Of a stretch of DNA of 64,000 nt, positions 21,313 to 31,030 are shown one piece after another. Positions within the stretch are counted from its first letter, which is position 1, and each line of letters begins with the position of its first letter. The stretch covers positions 14,247-78,246 of the forward strand of contig CAVYZN010000019.1 in NCBI GenBank assembly GCA_963773065.1, in the 5' to 3' direction. This DNA comes from an uncultured Gammaproteobacteria bacterium. GTDB lineage: Bacteria > Pseudomonadota > Gammaproteobacteria > UBA9214. The notes beneath the pieces are model-generated. The model was not told the origin of the DNA. It made no database searches and saw nothing but the letters and a program-made list of their open reading frames with translations. The translations under genes and the position numbers were made by a program.

Positions 21313-22218
21313 ATGGCAGTTACGCCCCACGCAGCGCCGATAACACCGCCGCCCTCTCCGCTCAAGGAGATCGGGGTGAACCTCATCGACAATCCGCGCC
21401 TGTGGCTGGAGGGTGCGCTGCGCGAGTTGACGGTGGCTCTCAAGACTTTTCTGCCCCACCTGCTGGAGGCGCTGGCGCTGCTCGTCATCGGCTGGCTGGC
21501 GGCTTTCATCGTGCGTTGGCTGGTGCACCGTTTCGGCAAGGGACTGGACGTGATCCTGTCCGTCGTCCACCGCTGGCTCGGCCAGGAGGTCACCCGCGCG
21601 CGCTGGTCGGTCTCGAACCTGGTCGGCAACGTCGCCTTCTGGATAACGCTCACCTACGCCGTGAGCGCCGCCGCGGAGCAGCTCGGCCTCATCACCTTCG
21701 CCAACTGGGTGCTGGGACTGCTGGGTTACCTGCCGAAGGTGCTGATCAGCGCCTTCATCCTGTTCATCGGCTACCTGATCAGCAGCGGCATACGCAACAT
21801 GATCGTGGCGGTCGCCGACTCCAGCGGTTTTCAGCATGGACTCTCGCTCGGTCACCTGGTGGCGGGGCTTATCCTCGCCTTCGCGCTGCTGCTCGGGCTG
21901 AATCAGCTCGGGCTCGATGTGAGCCTGTTCGCCAACATCATCATTCTGGCGGCGGCGGCGCTCTTCGGCAGCGCCGCGATTGCCTTCGGCATCGGCGCCG
22001 CGGATGCGGTGCGTAACGTCATGGCATCGCACTATGTGCGCAAGGTCTATCGACCCGGACTGCGGGTGCGCGTGCAGGGGCTGGAGGGCGAGATTCTGGA
22101 GATGACCCAGGTGGCGGTGATGGTGGAGACCGCGGAGGGAGAGGCATGGATCCCGGCGCGCGCCTTTCTGGAAACCGTGTCATTGATCATCGAGGAACAG
22201 GAACCCGGCCGTGCTTGA
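21313..22218 (+). CDS. MscS-related 'conserved TM helix' channel-like protein
   Basis: It has repeated TM-helix segments and a C-terminal beta-domain-like GLRVRVQGLEGEILEMTQVAVMVETAEGEAWIPARAF. It overlaps the next gene by 8 nt. Confidence 0.55.
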   Translation: MAVTPHAAPITPPPSPLKEIGVNLIDNPRLWLEGALRELTVALKTFLPHLLEALALLVIGWLAAFIVRWLVHRFGKGLDVILSVVHRWLGQEVTRARWSVSNLVGNVAFWITLTYAVSAAAEQLGLITFANWVLGLLGYLPKVLISAFILFIGYLISSGIRNMIVAVADSSGFQHGLSLGHLVAGLILAFALLLGLNQLGLDVSLFANIIILAAAALFGSAAIAFGIGAADAVRNVMASHYVRKVYRPGLRVRVQGLEGEILEMTQVAVMVETAEGEAWIPARAFLETVSLIIEEQEPGRA

Positions 22219-23044
22219 CGCGCTCACCAAAGGTTACCTCACCCTGCACCCGGCCGCCGCGGCCCGCACCCTGGCGCGCCTCGATGGCCGCGACCTCAAG
22301 GCCATCTTCCAGGCCATGCCGCGCCCACTGGCGGCCAGCGTGCTGGTACACATGACGCCGGTTGCGTCCGCCCGCTGCCTCGGCCAACTGCAGACCAAGG
22401 CGGCGGCCGAGATACTCGGGCGCATTCCGTCGCTGTCGGCCGTGGCGGTGCTGCGCCTGATGAACGCCGAGCAGGTAAAAGGCCTGTTCTCGGCCATGCC
22501 GCGTCCGGCCGCGGCCCGGCTGCGCCTGCGCCTGCGCTACCCGGAAACGATGATCGGTTCTTACGTCGATGCGGATGCGCTGACCCTCAACCTGGACCAG
22601 CGCGTGGGCGACGCGCTGCGTCTGGTGCGCCGCGTCGGGCAGCGCACGGGACACACGCTTTGCGTGCTGGACGAACAACGCCGTCTGGCGGGCGTGGTTG
22701 ACCTGCGCGACCTGCTCGGCGAGCGCGACCGCAGCAAGATCCAGCGGGTGCTGCGCCCGGCGCCCGTGGTGCTGAACGCACGCGCCGCGCTGCAGACGGT
22801 CGCCAACCATCCCGCCTGGTTGACCCACGACAGCCTGCCGGTGGTCAACCGTGAGGGCCTGTACCAGGGTGTGCTGGCGCGCGCGAAGGTGATGACGGAA
22901 GAACAGCATCTGCTCACCGAGGTGGCGGAGCGCAACGAGCTTTCCGCCACCCGCACCGCGCTGGCGGACATCTTCTGGCTGGGCGTGGCGGCGCTGTTCA
23001 CCGGCAACCCCGGCGCGAGCGCACACCACAAGACGGAAGACTGA
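22211..23044 (+). CDS. Stand-alone MgtE-N-like plus CBS-pair protein without a transporter domain
   Basis: Helical repeats of the MgtE_N type (ARTLARLDGRDLKAIFQAMP..AAEILGRIP..) are followed by two CBS-like segments (LCVLDEQRRLAGVVDLRDLL and LPVVNREGLYQGVLARAKV). The stop lies 1 nt before the mgtE start. Confidence 0.6.
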   Translation: MLDALTKGYLTLHPAAAARTLARLDGRDLKAIFQAMPRPLAASVLVHMTPVASARCLGQLQTKAAAEILGRIPSLSAVAVLRLMNAEQVKGLFSAMPRPAAARLRLRLRYPETMIGSYVDADALTLNLDQRVGDALRLVRRVGQRTGHTLCVLDEQRRLAGVVDLRDLLGERDRSKIQRVLRPAPVVLNARAALQTVANHPAWLTHDSLPVVNREGLYQGVLARAKVMTEEQHLLTEVAERNELSATRTALADIFWLGVAALFTGNPGASAHHKTED

Positions 23045-23045
23045 C

Positions 23046-24353
23046 ATGAAACCGGGGATCGACAACGCCATCCATGTCCTGCAACGGGACCTCATCGAAG
23101 ACCACCCGGACGACGCCGTGCAGTTGCTGGAACGACTGCCGCCCGCGGACATCGCGGACGTCCTGTCCAGGCACCCCATCACGGTGACCGCGCGTGTCTG
23201 GGAACGGCTGTCCCCGGATGTCGGCTGGCGCGCCATCGATACCCTGGCGGAAGCCCGGGCGACGGAGGTGCTGCGCCACATGGGTACTCCCCGTGCGGCG
23301 GCGCTCCTCTCCATGGGTGATCCGCAGTCCCGCGAGACGCATCTGGCAAGGCTGCCGGCGGCGACCGCGGAGGAGCTGCGCGCCATTCTTTCCTATCCGG
23401 CCGACAGCGCGGGCGCCCTGATGGACCCGCGGGTGCTGCTGCTGCGCCCCGACACCACGGTGAATGAAGCCCTCGCCCGCATCCGCGCGCTGCGCCGGCG
23501 CGGCGTGCGCATGCTCTTCGTGGTGAACGCCGACAATCGTCTCGAGGGAGAGGTGGACATCCAGGACATCGCGACCGCGAGCACGACGACGCGGCTCGAT
23601 GAGATCCAGCGCCCGGTGCGGGCGGTGGTCGGCGCGGTGGCGCCGCGCGAGGAGGTGGTGGATATCCTGGAGCGCTACCGCCTCACCGACCTGCCGGTGG
23701 TGGACACAGAAGAGCGCCTTATCGGCGTGGTCCGCTACCGCAACCTCATGGCCGCCGCCGAGGACGAGGCCACCGTGGCCATGCAAACGATGGTGGGCGT
23801 CAGCAAAGACGAACGCGCCCTGTCGAAGGTGTCCTTTGCCGTGCGCAAACGCCTCCCGTGGCTGCAAATAAACCTGGCCACCGCCTTCCTGGCCGCCTCC
23901 GTCGTCGGGCTGTTCGAGGGCACCATCGCCAAATACACCGCGCTGGCGGTGCTCATGCCGGTCGTGGCCGGACAATCCGGGAACACCGGCGCCCAGGCGC
24001 TCGCCGTCACCATGCGCGGCCTGGCGCTGCGCGAGATCCGCGTCCAGCACTGGCCGCGGGTCATCTTCAAGGAAATGTCCACCGGTTTCTTGAATGGCAT
24101 CGCCGTCGCCGCCACCACCGCGCTCGGGGTCTGGGTGTGGAGCGGGTCCCCCGGCCTGGCGGGGATCATCGGCGTCTCCATGATCCTCTCCATGGTCATC
24201 GCCGGCATCTTCGGCGCGGCCATCCCGCTGCTGATGACGGCAATCGGCCAGGACCCCGCCCAATCCTCGACCATCGTGCTGACCACGGTGACCGACGTGA
24301 CCGGGTTCTTCAGTTTCCTCGGCATCGCCACACTGTTCTCGGGCCTGCTGTAA
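23046..24353 (+). CDS. mgtE: Magnesium transporter MgtE (full length)
   Basis: The ORF is 435 aa with an N-domain and a CBS pair (LFVVNADNRLEGEVDIQDI and LPVVDTEERLIGVV). The membrane domain has RLPWLQINLATAFLAASVVGLFE, MPVVAGQSGNTGAQ and TTVTDVTGFFSFLG. Confidence 0.85.
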   Translation: MKPGIDNAIHVLQRDLIEDHPDDAVQLLERLPPADIADVLSRHPITVTARVWERLSPDVGWRAIDTLAEARATEVLRHMGTPRAAALLSMGDPQSRETHLARLPAATAEELRAILSYPADSAGALMDPRVLLLRPDTTVNEALARIRALRRRGVRMLFVVNADNRLEGEVDIQDIATASTTTRLDEIQRPVRAVVGAVAPREEVVDILERYRLTDLPVVDTEERLIGVVRYRNLMAAAEDEATVAMQTMVGVSKDERALSKVSFAVRKRLPWLQINLATAFLAASVVGLFEGTIAKYTALAVLMPVVAGQSGNTGAQALAVTMRGLALREIRVQHWPRVIFKEMSTGFLNGIAVAATTALGVWVWSGSPGLAGIIGVSMILSMVIAGIFGAAIPLLMTAIGQDPAQSSTIVLTTVTDVTGFFSFLGIATLFSGLL

Positions 24354-24443
24354 CGCACGCGGCGGTTCGCGGTGAGGGCGCAGTGGATTCCCGCGGAATG
24401 GGTGGGTTATGCTTTCCCAGTCAGCTCCAGGAGTCTGCGGGCC

Positions 24444-24734
24444 ATGCGATTGTCAGTGACGGAACGGCGCGAAATCCGCGCAGCGGCGTCGAAATATTTC
24501 GGCGCCGAGGTATATCTTTTCGGCTCGCGCCTGGATGACACCCGCCGCGGTGGCGATATCGACCTTTATATCGAAACATCGCTCGACGACGGCAGCGCCG
24601 CACGCGCGAAGATCGCCATGCTGGGGTATCTCTATCATCGCATCGGCGAGCGCAAGATCGACATCGTCGTCAATAACGGACGCGGCGATTTGCCCATCTA
24701 CCGACTCGCCCGGCAAAGCGGGGAACGCCTGTGA
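24444..24734 (+). CDS. Nucleotidyltransferase (MNT/MntA-type antitoxin)
   Basis: It carries LFGSRLDDTRRGGDIDLYI, the GSx10-15DxD minimal NTase motif. It overlaps the next ORF by 4 nt. Confidence 0.65.
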   Translation: MRLSVTERREIRAAASKYFGAEVYLFGSRLDDTRRGGDIDLYIETSLDDGSAARAKIAMLGYLYHRIGERKIDIVVNNGRGDLPIYRLARQSGERL

Positions 24735-25179
24735 CGCCGAAGCTGCGTGCGGTGATCGAGGAATGTGGCCGGCATGTGCGTTACATGAACTACGCCCGGT
24801 CGCGACTGCCGCGCTCGGTAAGCGAAGCGCACTTCGCCGATTCCCGTGACGAGTTTATCGCGGCGCTGGATCAGTTCGCGTTCCGGTTATCCGGTTTCAG
24901 GATGCGCTGGGATGGGGAGCGCTGCGGCTCGTGCTCGTCGAGGTGTTTCGCGAGCCATTGGAAGATGCGCCGTTCCGCGATGTCCTTGACCGGCTGGAGA
25001 AACTCGGCGTGAATCCAGACGCCCAACGATGGGAGGAGAGCCGGGCCATCCGCAACATGTTTACCCATGACTACCCCGAGACACCGGCCGCCAAGGCGGC
25101 GTCCCTCAATGCGGCCCTGGACATGGCGGACGAGCTGGAACGGATCTATCTGAGCATCAAGGCGAGAAGTGACGGCTGA
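24731..25179 (+). pseudogene. HEPN (HepT/DUF86-like) toxin, frameshifted near ~24890
   Basis: The second frame contains the Rx4H motif in SRAIRNMFTHDYPE. The N-terminal part (24731..~24890) and the C-terminal part (..RFQDALGWGALRLVLVEVFREPL.. onward) are in different frames. Confidence 0.6.
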
Positions 25180-25363
25180 ATCCTGGGGACAGCGTCGCGT
25201 TCGCGACCAAGGCCGCTCCGGAAAAATTCCCGATTTTCCGTGCTGACCTCAAGGAGGCGACCTGAGGTGAGTGACGGCGACAACATCGCCCGGAGCGACT
25301 GCGGCCGGCGAGCCTCCAGGGACGGATTTACGGCGAGTCCCGCTCGACCCCTCCTGCCCTGTG

Positions 25364-27139
25364 TCAGAACCTCCAGACGAAGGGCACGATGGCGAGCGTC
25401 ACCGCGGCCATCAGCAGGTTGAGCGGTATCCCCACCCTGAAGTAGTCGGTGAAGCGGTAACCGCCGGGGCCGTACACCATCAGATTGCACTGGTAGCCGA
25501 TGGGCGTGGAGAAGCTCGCCGAGGCGGCCATCATGATCGCGATGGCGAACGGCATGAAACTCACGCCGAGGCTCTCGCTGGTCGAGAGCGCGATGGGGAA
25601 CATCAGCACGGCGGCGGCGTTGTTGGTGATGAGCTCGGTGAACAGCATGGTCACTAGGTAGACGACGGCGAGCGTGCCCCACGGGCCGCCCTGCGCCAGC
25701 GCGATCAGGTTCTCCGCGATGAACTGCGCCGCGCCGGTCTTCTCCAGGGCGAAACCCAGGCCGAAAGAGGCGGCGATGGCGATGAGCACCTGCCAGTCCA
25801 CCGCGGCCCGGGCCGCCCCGCCGCTGATGCACCGGGTCGCCAGCATGAGTCCGGCCGCCACCAGCGCGCCCTGCAGCATCGAGACCCATGAGGCGCTTAC
25901 CGCAACGACCATCCCCGCCAGGATCACCAGGGCCGCCAGGGCCCGGTCATGGCGCAGCGGGTGGGCGTTCTCCAGACGGCTCACCAGGTAGAAGTCCCGC
26001 GAGTTGCGCTGGCGCTCGACGAACGAGGGATCGGCCTCGAGCAGCAGCGTGTCGCCCGGGCGCAGCACGATGTCCCCGATCTTCTTCTGCAAGCGTTCGC
26101 CGTTGCGTGCCACCGCGATGACAGCGGCATTGTAAATATTGCGAAAGCGACCCTCGCGGATGCTCTTGCCGACCAGGGGTCCGCTGTCGGAGACCACGGC
26201 CTCGACGAGTGATCTTTCCGGGCGCGGGAGTCCCAGCTTGAACACCTGATCGGTGGCCGGCACCAGCCCGCGGAACCGCTGCAGATCCACCACGGAATCG
26301 AGGATGCCGGCGAACACCAGCCGGTCGTTGGCCTTCAGCCGGTGATGCGGGGCGATGGCGGGGAACACATCGCCGTCGCGTTCGATCTCCACCAGATACA
26401 TGCCCGGGAGGTGGCGCAGCCCTGCCTCCTCGACGCTCTTGCCTACCAGGGGACTGGCCGGCTGCACCAGCATCTCGACCGTATAGCGGCGCGGGTCGTC
26501 CTGGGGATCCATCACCGGGCGGCGGTCCGGCAGCAGCCAGCGTCCGAGCAGCACGATGTAGGCGATGCCGATGAGCGCAGACGGCAGGCCCACCCAGGTG
26601 ATGTCGAACATGCCGAGCCCCGGGAGATTGGTGCGGCTGAGCAGCAGGCCGTTGACGACCAGGTTGGTGCTGGTCCCGATGAGCGTGCAGGTGCCGCCGA
26701 GGATCGCGGCATAGCTTAAGGGGATGAGGAGCTTCGACACCGGCAGGCGGTTCTGGCGCGCCCAGTCGATCACGGCAGGCAGGAACATGGCCACCACCGG
26801 GGTGTTGTTCAGAAAACCGCTCACCGCCGCCACCGGGGCCATGAGCCGCAGTTGGGCGTGCAACAGATTCCGGGGCCGGCCGAGCACCCACTGGACCAGC
26901 CAGGCGACGGCGCCGGTCTCCCGCAGGCCGGCGGCGATCACGTACAGCACGGCGACCGTCACCATGCCCTCGTTGGATAAGCCCGCGAGGGCCTCCTGGG
27001 GGGAGATCACCCCGGTGATGAGCAGCAGCGTCACCCCCGCCACCAGCACCACATCGGCGGCGAACCGGGTGAACACGAGCAGCCCGATCACCATCGCCAC
27101 CACGGCCAGAGCGATCCATGCATCCAGGGTCATCAGCAC
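25364..27139 (-). CDS. SLC13/DASS-family permease with two central TrkA-C (RCK_C) domains
   Basis: The ORF is 591 aa. TM bundles flank two repeats of the type VE..V...SPLVGKS..E.....Y...V..I.R.G......P...L...D.L...G. Confidence 0.8.
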   Translation of the reverse strand: MLMTLDAWIALAVVAMVIGLLVFTRFAADVVLVAGVTLLLITGVISPQEALAGLSNEGMVTVAVLYVIAAGLRETGAVAWLVQWVLGRPRNLLHAQLRLMAPVAAVSGFLNNTPVVAMFLPAVIDWARQNRLPVSKLLIPLSYAAILGGTCTLIGTSTNLVVNGLLLSRTNLPGLGMFDITWVGLPSALIGIAYIVLLGRWLLPDRRPVMDPQDDPRRYTVEMLVQPASPLVGKSVEEAGLRHLPGMYLVEIERDGDVFPAIAPHHRLKANDRLVFAGILDSVVDLQRFRGLVPATDQVFKLGLPRPERSLVEAVVSDSGPLVGKSIREGRFRNIYNAAVIAVARNGERLQKKIGDIVLRPGDTLLLEADPSFVERQRNSRDFYLVSRLENAHPLRHDRALAALVILAGMVVAVSASWVSMLQGALVAAGLMLATRCISGGAARAAVDWQVLIAIAASFGLGFALEKTGAAQFIAENLIALAQGGPWGTLAVVYLVTMLFTELITNNAAAVLMFPIALSTSESLGVSFMPFAIAIMMAASASFSTPIGYQCNLMVYGPGGYRFTDYFRVGIPLNLLMAAVTLAIVPFVWRF

Positions 27140-27310
27140 ACTCCTCTACCGGTACCGGTCCGCCGGGCGGATCGGGCTCAGCCCAGCGGGGCGGCAGTAT
27201 ACGCCGGCGGGTCCGTTCAGGCCATGCGGGACGACGCGCGACGGGAGGAGAGAACCCAACAGCGAGCCCGCTGTTGGGCGCTCCGGTTGAACGGCGGGTT
27301 CGGCGTCTCC

Positions 27311-27523
27311 CTAGAGGAGTGCGCGGAACTGCTCGACGGTGAGCCCGGCATCACGAACCAGACCGCCCATCGTGAATGCGTTGATTGGATTGTGACGCGG
27401 GACAGTGAGGATCCGCTGGCCATTGGTCATCACGATATGCTTGCTCTGGCGGGCAACCCAAAACCCTGCCTTTTCGAAGGCGCGCACTGCATCGAGATGA
27501 TTGATGCCTGGGATCTTGGGCAA
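27311..27523 (-). CDS. hicA: HicA-family (YcfA-like) mRNA interferase toxin
   Basis: The 70-aa ORF reads AVRAFEKAGFWVARQSKHIVMTNGQRILTVPRHNPINAFTMGGLVRDAGL. It lies 3 nt downstream of hicB. Confidence 0.7.
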   Translation of the reverse strand: MPKIPGINHLDAVRAFEKAGFWVARQSKHIVMTNGQRILTVPRHNPINAFTMGGLVRDAGLTVEQFRALL

Positions 27524-27526
27524 AGG

Positions 27527-27724
27527 CTACACCGTTATCTCGACTTCCCGAATCCCTTCACCCTTTAGCTGCTCGTCAACCACAGCCAGGTACTCTCGGA
27601 TCGCATCCCGAATGTTTTCCAGAGCTTCTGCCTCGGTAGCACCCTGAGACCAACAGCCCGGCAATCCCGGCACGGAGACGCTATAGCCTTCGTCAGATTC
27701 GTGAATCGCAATCTTGTACTTCAT
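27527..27724 (-). CDS. hicB: HicB-family (UPF0150) antitoxin
   Basis: The 65-aa ORF reads YKIAIHESDEGYSVSVPGLPGCWSQGATEAEALENIRDAIREYL, a typical HicB N-domain. Confidence 0.7.
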   Translation of the reverse strand: MKYKIAIHESDEGYSVSVPGLPGCWSQGATEAEALENIRDAIREYLAVVDEQLKGEGIREVEITV

Positions 27725-27907
27725 GGGTACCTCCTCTGGCAGTATAGCTCGCCCACCCGCGAGACGCCGAACGCCCAGGTTCAGCGGCGCGGCGCAGCTA
27801 ACAGGTGCAAGGGGTCAGACCCCTTGATCGGACTTCTCCACGGTATTCAGCGCCAGTTTCCCAACGCCCAGCTTCGGTCCTCCGAAGCACCGGGGAGATA
27901 TCCCGGG

Positions 27908-28438
27908 TTAAGACACGTTACCTTCACTGCATAGACGGACCAGCCCCACGAGCGCGGCCTTGATCATGGCGTAAACGGCGCCGCCCACAAACGGCACGCG
28001 CTCGGCGTTGCAACTGCCGATCATGATGATGCGCCCGCCCGTCTTCATGTGCTTGACGGCAGTCTGCGTGGCGACGAACACGGCGCGCAGGTTGATAGCC
28101 AACGCACGATCGAAGTCTTCCAGGCGATAGTCGTCGATGGGGGCCATTACACCAATGCCGGCGTTGTTCACCAGGATGTCGATGCCGCCCAACTCCGCTA
28201 CCGTTTGCTCCACGGCGGCAATCACCGCCTTGGCATCCGCGCTGTCGGCCTGGATGGCGATCGCCGGCACGCCGAACGCTTGCGCCGCCTTTGCCGTTTC
28301 GTTGGCCTGATCGGACCTGCCAACATAGGTCAGCGCGACGTGGGCGCCTTCGCGTGCGAGACGCTTGACGATCGCAGCGCCGATGCCGTGGCTGCCGCCG
28401 GTGACCAGCGCCCGCTTGTTTTCGAGTGGTCGATCCAT
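27908..28438 (-). pseudogene. SDR-family oxidoreductase, C-terminally truncated (~176 of ~245 aa)
   Basis: It has TGGSHGIGAAI (a TGxxxGIG-type nucleotide-binding motif), NNAG and YAMIKAAL (YxxxK). It then ends as ..VGLVRLCSEGNVS*, before the usual substrate-binding third. Confidence 0.65.
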
Positions 28439-28569
28439 ACTGTTCCTAATACAACTTCAGTTTAGCAGTTTGACCCGCATTGCAAGGCGTTTTCCACAGC
28501 TTGAACGTACCGCCTGAGCGGCGGCGCGACAACGCCGCGCGATGGAATGGTCAGGCGATGGTTGGCACA

Positions 28570-29127
28570 TTACCTTAGCTTCATCTGCATGACATGGCGC
28601 CGCGTGCCTGCCCGCCCGACCTCGCAAAAGCCAGCCTTCTCGAAAACGGGCACGAACCCCATGAAACGGTAACTCGGAGAATCCGGATCCACGGGGTATG
28701 CCTCGACAATCGAGGCGCCGTGCGCTCGGGCATGCTCGACGGCGGCCTTGATGATGCGTTGCGTAATCCCTTGACCTCGCAGCCTTCGCAGCACGAAGAA
28801 ACACGCAATCGACCAGATGCCGTCGTCATTGCTGTCAGCGACGAGTCGCCGATAGGTGGACCGCGGGGCCACCGAGCACCATGCCACAGGCTCACCATCC
28901 AGGTATCCGAGCAGTCCAATCGGGAGTCCCGCAGATACCCGTTTCGCGATAGCCGCCTTGCGGCTCGCGCCGTCCTTGTGCTTCGCCTCAGCAGGCGTCG
29001 CTCTCCAGAGCATGCACCAGCACGCCTTCGGCCCCCCGCGACTTTCGAACAGACGCTCGAAGTCCGCCCACCGCCGGGAATTCACCTCGTGAAACGCGAG
29101 ACGGTCGAGTTCAGCGTGATCAGTCAT
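28570..29127 (-). CDS. GNAT-family N-acetyltransferase
   Basis: The ORF is 185 aa. It has the acetyl-CoA motif LRRLRGQGITQRIIKAAVEHARAHGA and EAYP..RFMGFVPVFEKAGF. Confidence 0.7.
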   Translation of the reverse strand: MTDHAELDRLAFHEVNSRRWADFERLFESRGGPKACWCMLWRATPAEAKHKDGASRKAAIAKRVSAGLPIGLLGYLDGEPVAWCSVAPRSTYRRLVADSNDDGIWSIACFFVLRRLRGQGITQRIIKAAVEHARAHGASIVEAYPVDPDSPSYRFMGFVPVFEKAGFCEVGRAGTRRHVMQMKLR

Positions 29128-29194
29128 CCGATGCTCAAGCCAACGAGTCTAAAGTGCGTACGCCATAATTGCGTAAAGGGGGACACGTTTTCGT

Positions 29195-29365
29195 GTGATC
29201 GCTGAAATTCGTACTGCCACAAATGATAATCACTTCTTGGGTAACGAACGCTTCAAGGCAGAAGTGTCCCGCATGCTGCAACGACGTGTCACTCCCGGAA
29301 AAGCCAGAAGACTTACAAAGCCAGAGTATAAACGTGGTCTGTCCCCCATTCTTATGCCGCAATAT
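29195..29365 (+). pseudogene. C-terminal remnant of a Y1 (REP-associated/IS200-like) transposase
   Basis: ..NHFLGNERFKAEVSRMLQRRVTPGKARRLTK....KRGLSPIL resembles the conserved tail of that family. There is no catalytic N-terminal part. A second ..KGSDPL.. hairpin scrap lies at ~27810-27830. Confidence 0.35.
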
Positions 29366-29392
29366 CAGCGCACTTTGAAGCCGGCGCGCGGC

Positions 29393-31030
29393 CTAAAGTT
29401 TGATCTGGCGAATCGCAGCTTTGACACCCGGCACCAGCGGCGGCGCGACGCTGAGGGTACGGAGGCCCAGCTCCAACAAGGAAGGAAGGGCACTCAACTG
29501 TCGTGCCAGTTCGCCGCACAACGCGACAGGCACTTGGCCGGCCTCTTCGACAATGATGCGCAGCAACCGCAAAACCGACGGGTGATCCTCCTGGAAATAA
29601 TCGTTCACCAGTGGGTTCTCCCGCCCGGCCGCCATCGTGTATTGGGTCAGATCGTTCGTGCCGATACTGAGAAAATCGGCATGCGCCTTGATCTCGGCCA
29701 CGCTTAACGCGGCAGCCGGAGTTTCGATCATGGCTCCAAGAGGTGGAAGTTTTTCCCGACCGATGCCGTTCGCCACCGCTGCCAAACGGCTGCGGACCTG
29801 CACCATTTCGTCAGCCAGTGTCACCATCGGCACCATGATGCGCACATCGTGATCCTGCGAGAATTGCCCAAGGGCTTGCAACTGCGTATCGAGCAGGTCC
29901 GGATACCGCAGGAGCAAACGCACGCCGCGCTGGCCGAGGAACGGATTGTCTTCGGGCGGGAGTTTCAGAAATGGCAACGGTTTGTCCCCGCCCAGATCCA
30001 GCAGGCGCACGGTGATTGGCTTTCCCTTCATGGGCGCGAAGGTCGCCCGCAACTCGGCCAGCAGCTCGGCTGCAGACGGCGGAGTTTTACGCGACAGATA
30101 AAACTGTTCGAGCCGATACAGCCCGACGCCCTCCGCACCATTGTCGGCGGCCGCGCTCACGTCTTCGCGGCAGCCCACGTTGGCCAGCACGCTGACGGCG
30201 GTGCCATCCAGCGTTTGCGCGGGTTGGCGGGCAGATTCCATGACCTGAATGGTTCTGCACTGCGCACTCCGGATTTCTTCGGTGTAGGTCGTTTGGGTGG
30301 CCGCGTTGGGATTGATCAACACTTCGCCGCGGAAACCATCCACGATCAACACATCCTCGTCGGCAACTTTCTCCGTCACCTTCGCGACTTGGGCCACGGT
30401 CGGAATTCCCAACGCTTCCGCCAACAACGCGGCGTGCGATCCCGGTCCGCCAAACTCCACGACGATCCCTACCACCGAGCGGCGCGGCAGCGCCACCGTG
30501 TCGGAGGGTAACAGCCGCCGCGCGACCAGCACACGGCCCGGCGGCATTTTTTCCAACGGCGTGGTTTTGACGCCTGCCATTTCCCGCAACAACCGCCGTC
30601 TCAAATCCGCCACGTCGTCCGCGTGTTGCTGGTGCGTCTGCTCAGATATCTCGCGAAATTTGCGTTCCCAGCGGCGGAATACGCGGGTCAACGCTTGCGC
30701 TCCGCAAATCAATTCTTCCTCCACCACTTCGTGGATTTCCCGGCGCAAATCCGGATCCTCAAGCATCGCTTCGTGCGCCTCAAAAATCGCCGCCAGCTTC
30801 GTGTTGGTGTCGGTTTCGATGCGGCGGGAGGAAACACGTAAATCCTCGCCCACCGTTCTCATCGCGCGTTCGAGGCATTGAAGTTCATCCCCGACTTGGT
30901 GCTGTTCGATGTCGTAAGTCCCCGCGAGCGCCTCAAGTCGTTCCCTGTGGTAAACAAACGCTGGACCTATCACCAATCCCGGCGAAATGGTGCGCCCGAC
31001 GATTTTAATGTTGCTGTTCTGTTCAGTCAT
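29393..31030 (-). CDS. PEP-protein phosphotransferase (PTS enzyme I-like)
   Basis: The ORF is 545 aa, with the active-site region GGPGSHAALLAEALGIPTV, LSIGTNDLTQYTMA and CGELA. No HPr or EII gene is adjacent. Confidence 0.75.
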   Translation of the reverse strand: MTEQNSNIKIVGRTISPGLVIGPAFVYHRERLEALAGTYDIEQHQVGDELQCLERAMRTVGEDLRVSSRRIETDTNTKLAAIFEAHEAMLEDPDLRREIHEVVEEELICGAQALTRVFRRWERKFREISEQTHQQHADDVADLRRRLLREMAGVKTTPLEKMPPGRVLVARRLLPSDTVALPRRSVVGIVVEFGGPGSHAALLAEALGIPTVAQVAKVTEKVADEDVLIVDGFRGEVLINPNAATQTTYTEEIRSAQCRTIQVMESARQPAQTLDGTAVSVLANVGCREDVSAAADNGAEGVGLYRLEQFYLSRKTPPSAAELLAELRATFAPMKGKPITVRLLDLGGDKPLPFLKLPPEDNPFLGQRGVRLLLRYPDLLDTQLQALGQFSQDHDVRIMVPMVTLADEMVQVRSRLAAVANGIGREKLPPLGAMIETPAAALSVAEIKAHADFLSIGTNDLTQYTMAAGRENPLVNDYFQEDHPSVLRLLRIIVEEAGQVPVALCGELARQLSALPSLLELGLRTLSVAPPLVPGVKAAIRQIKL

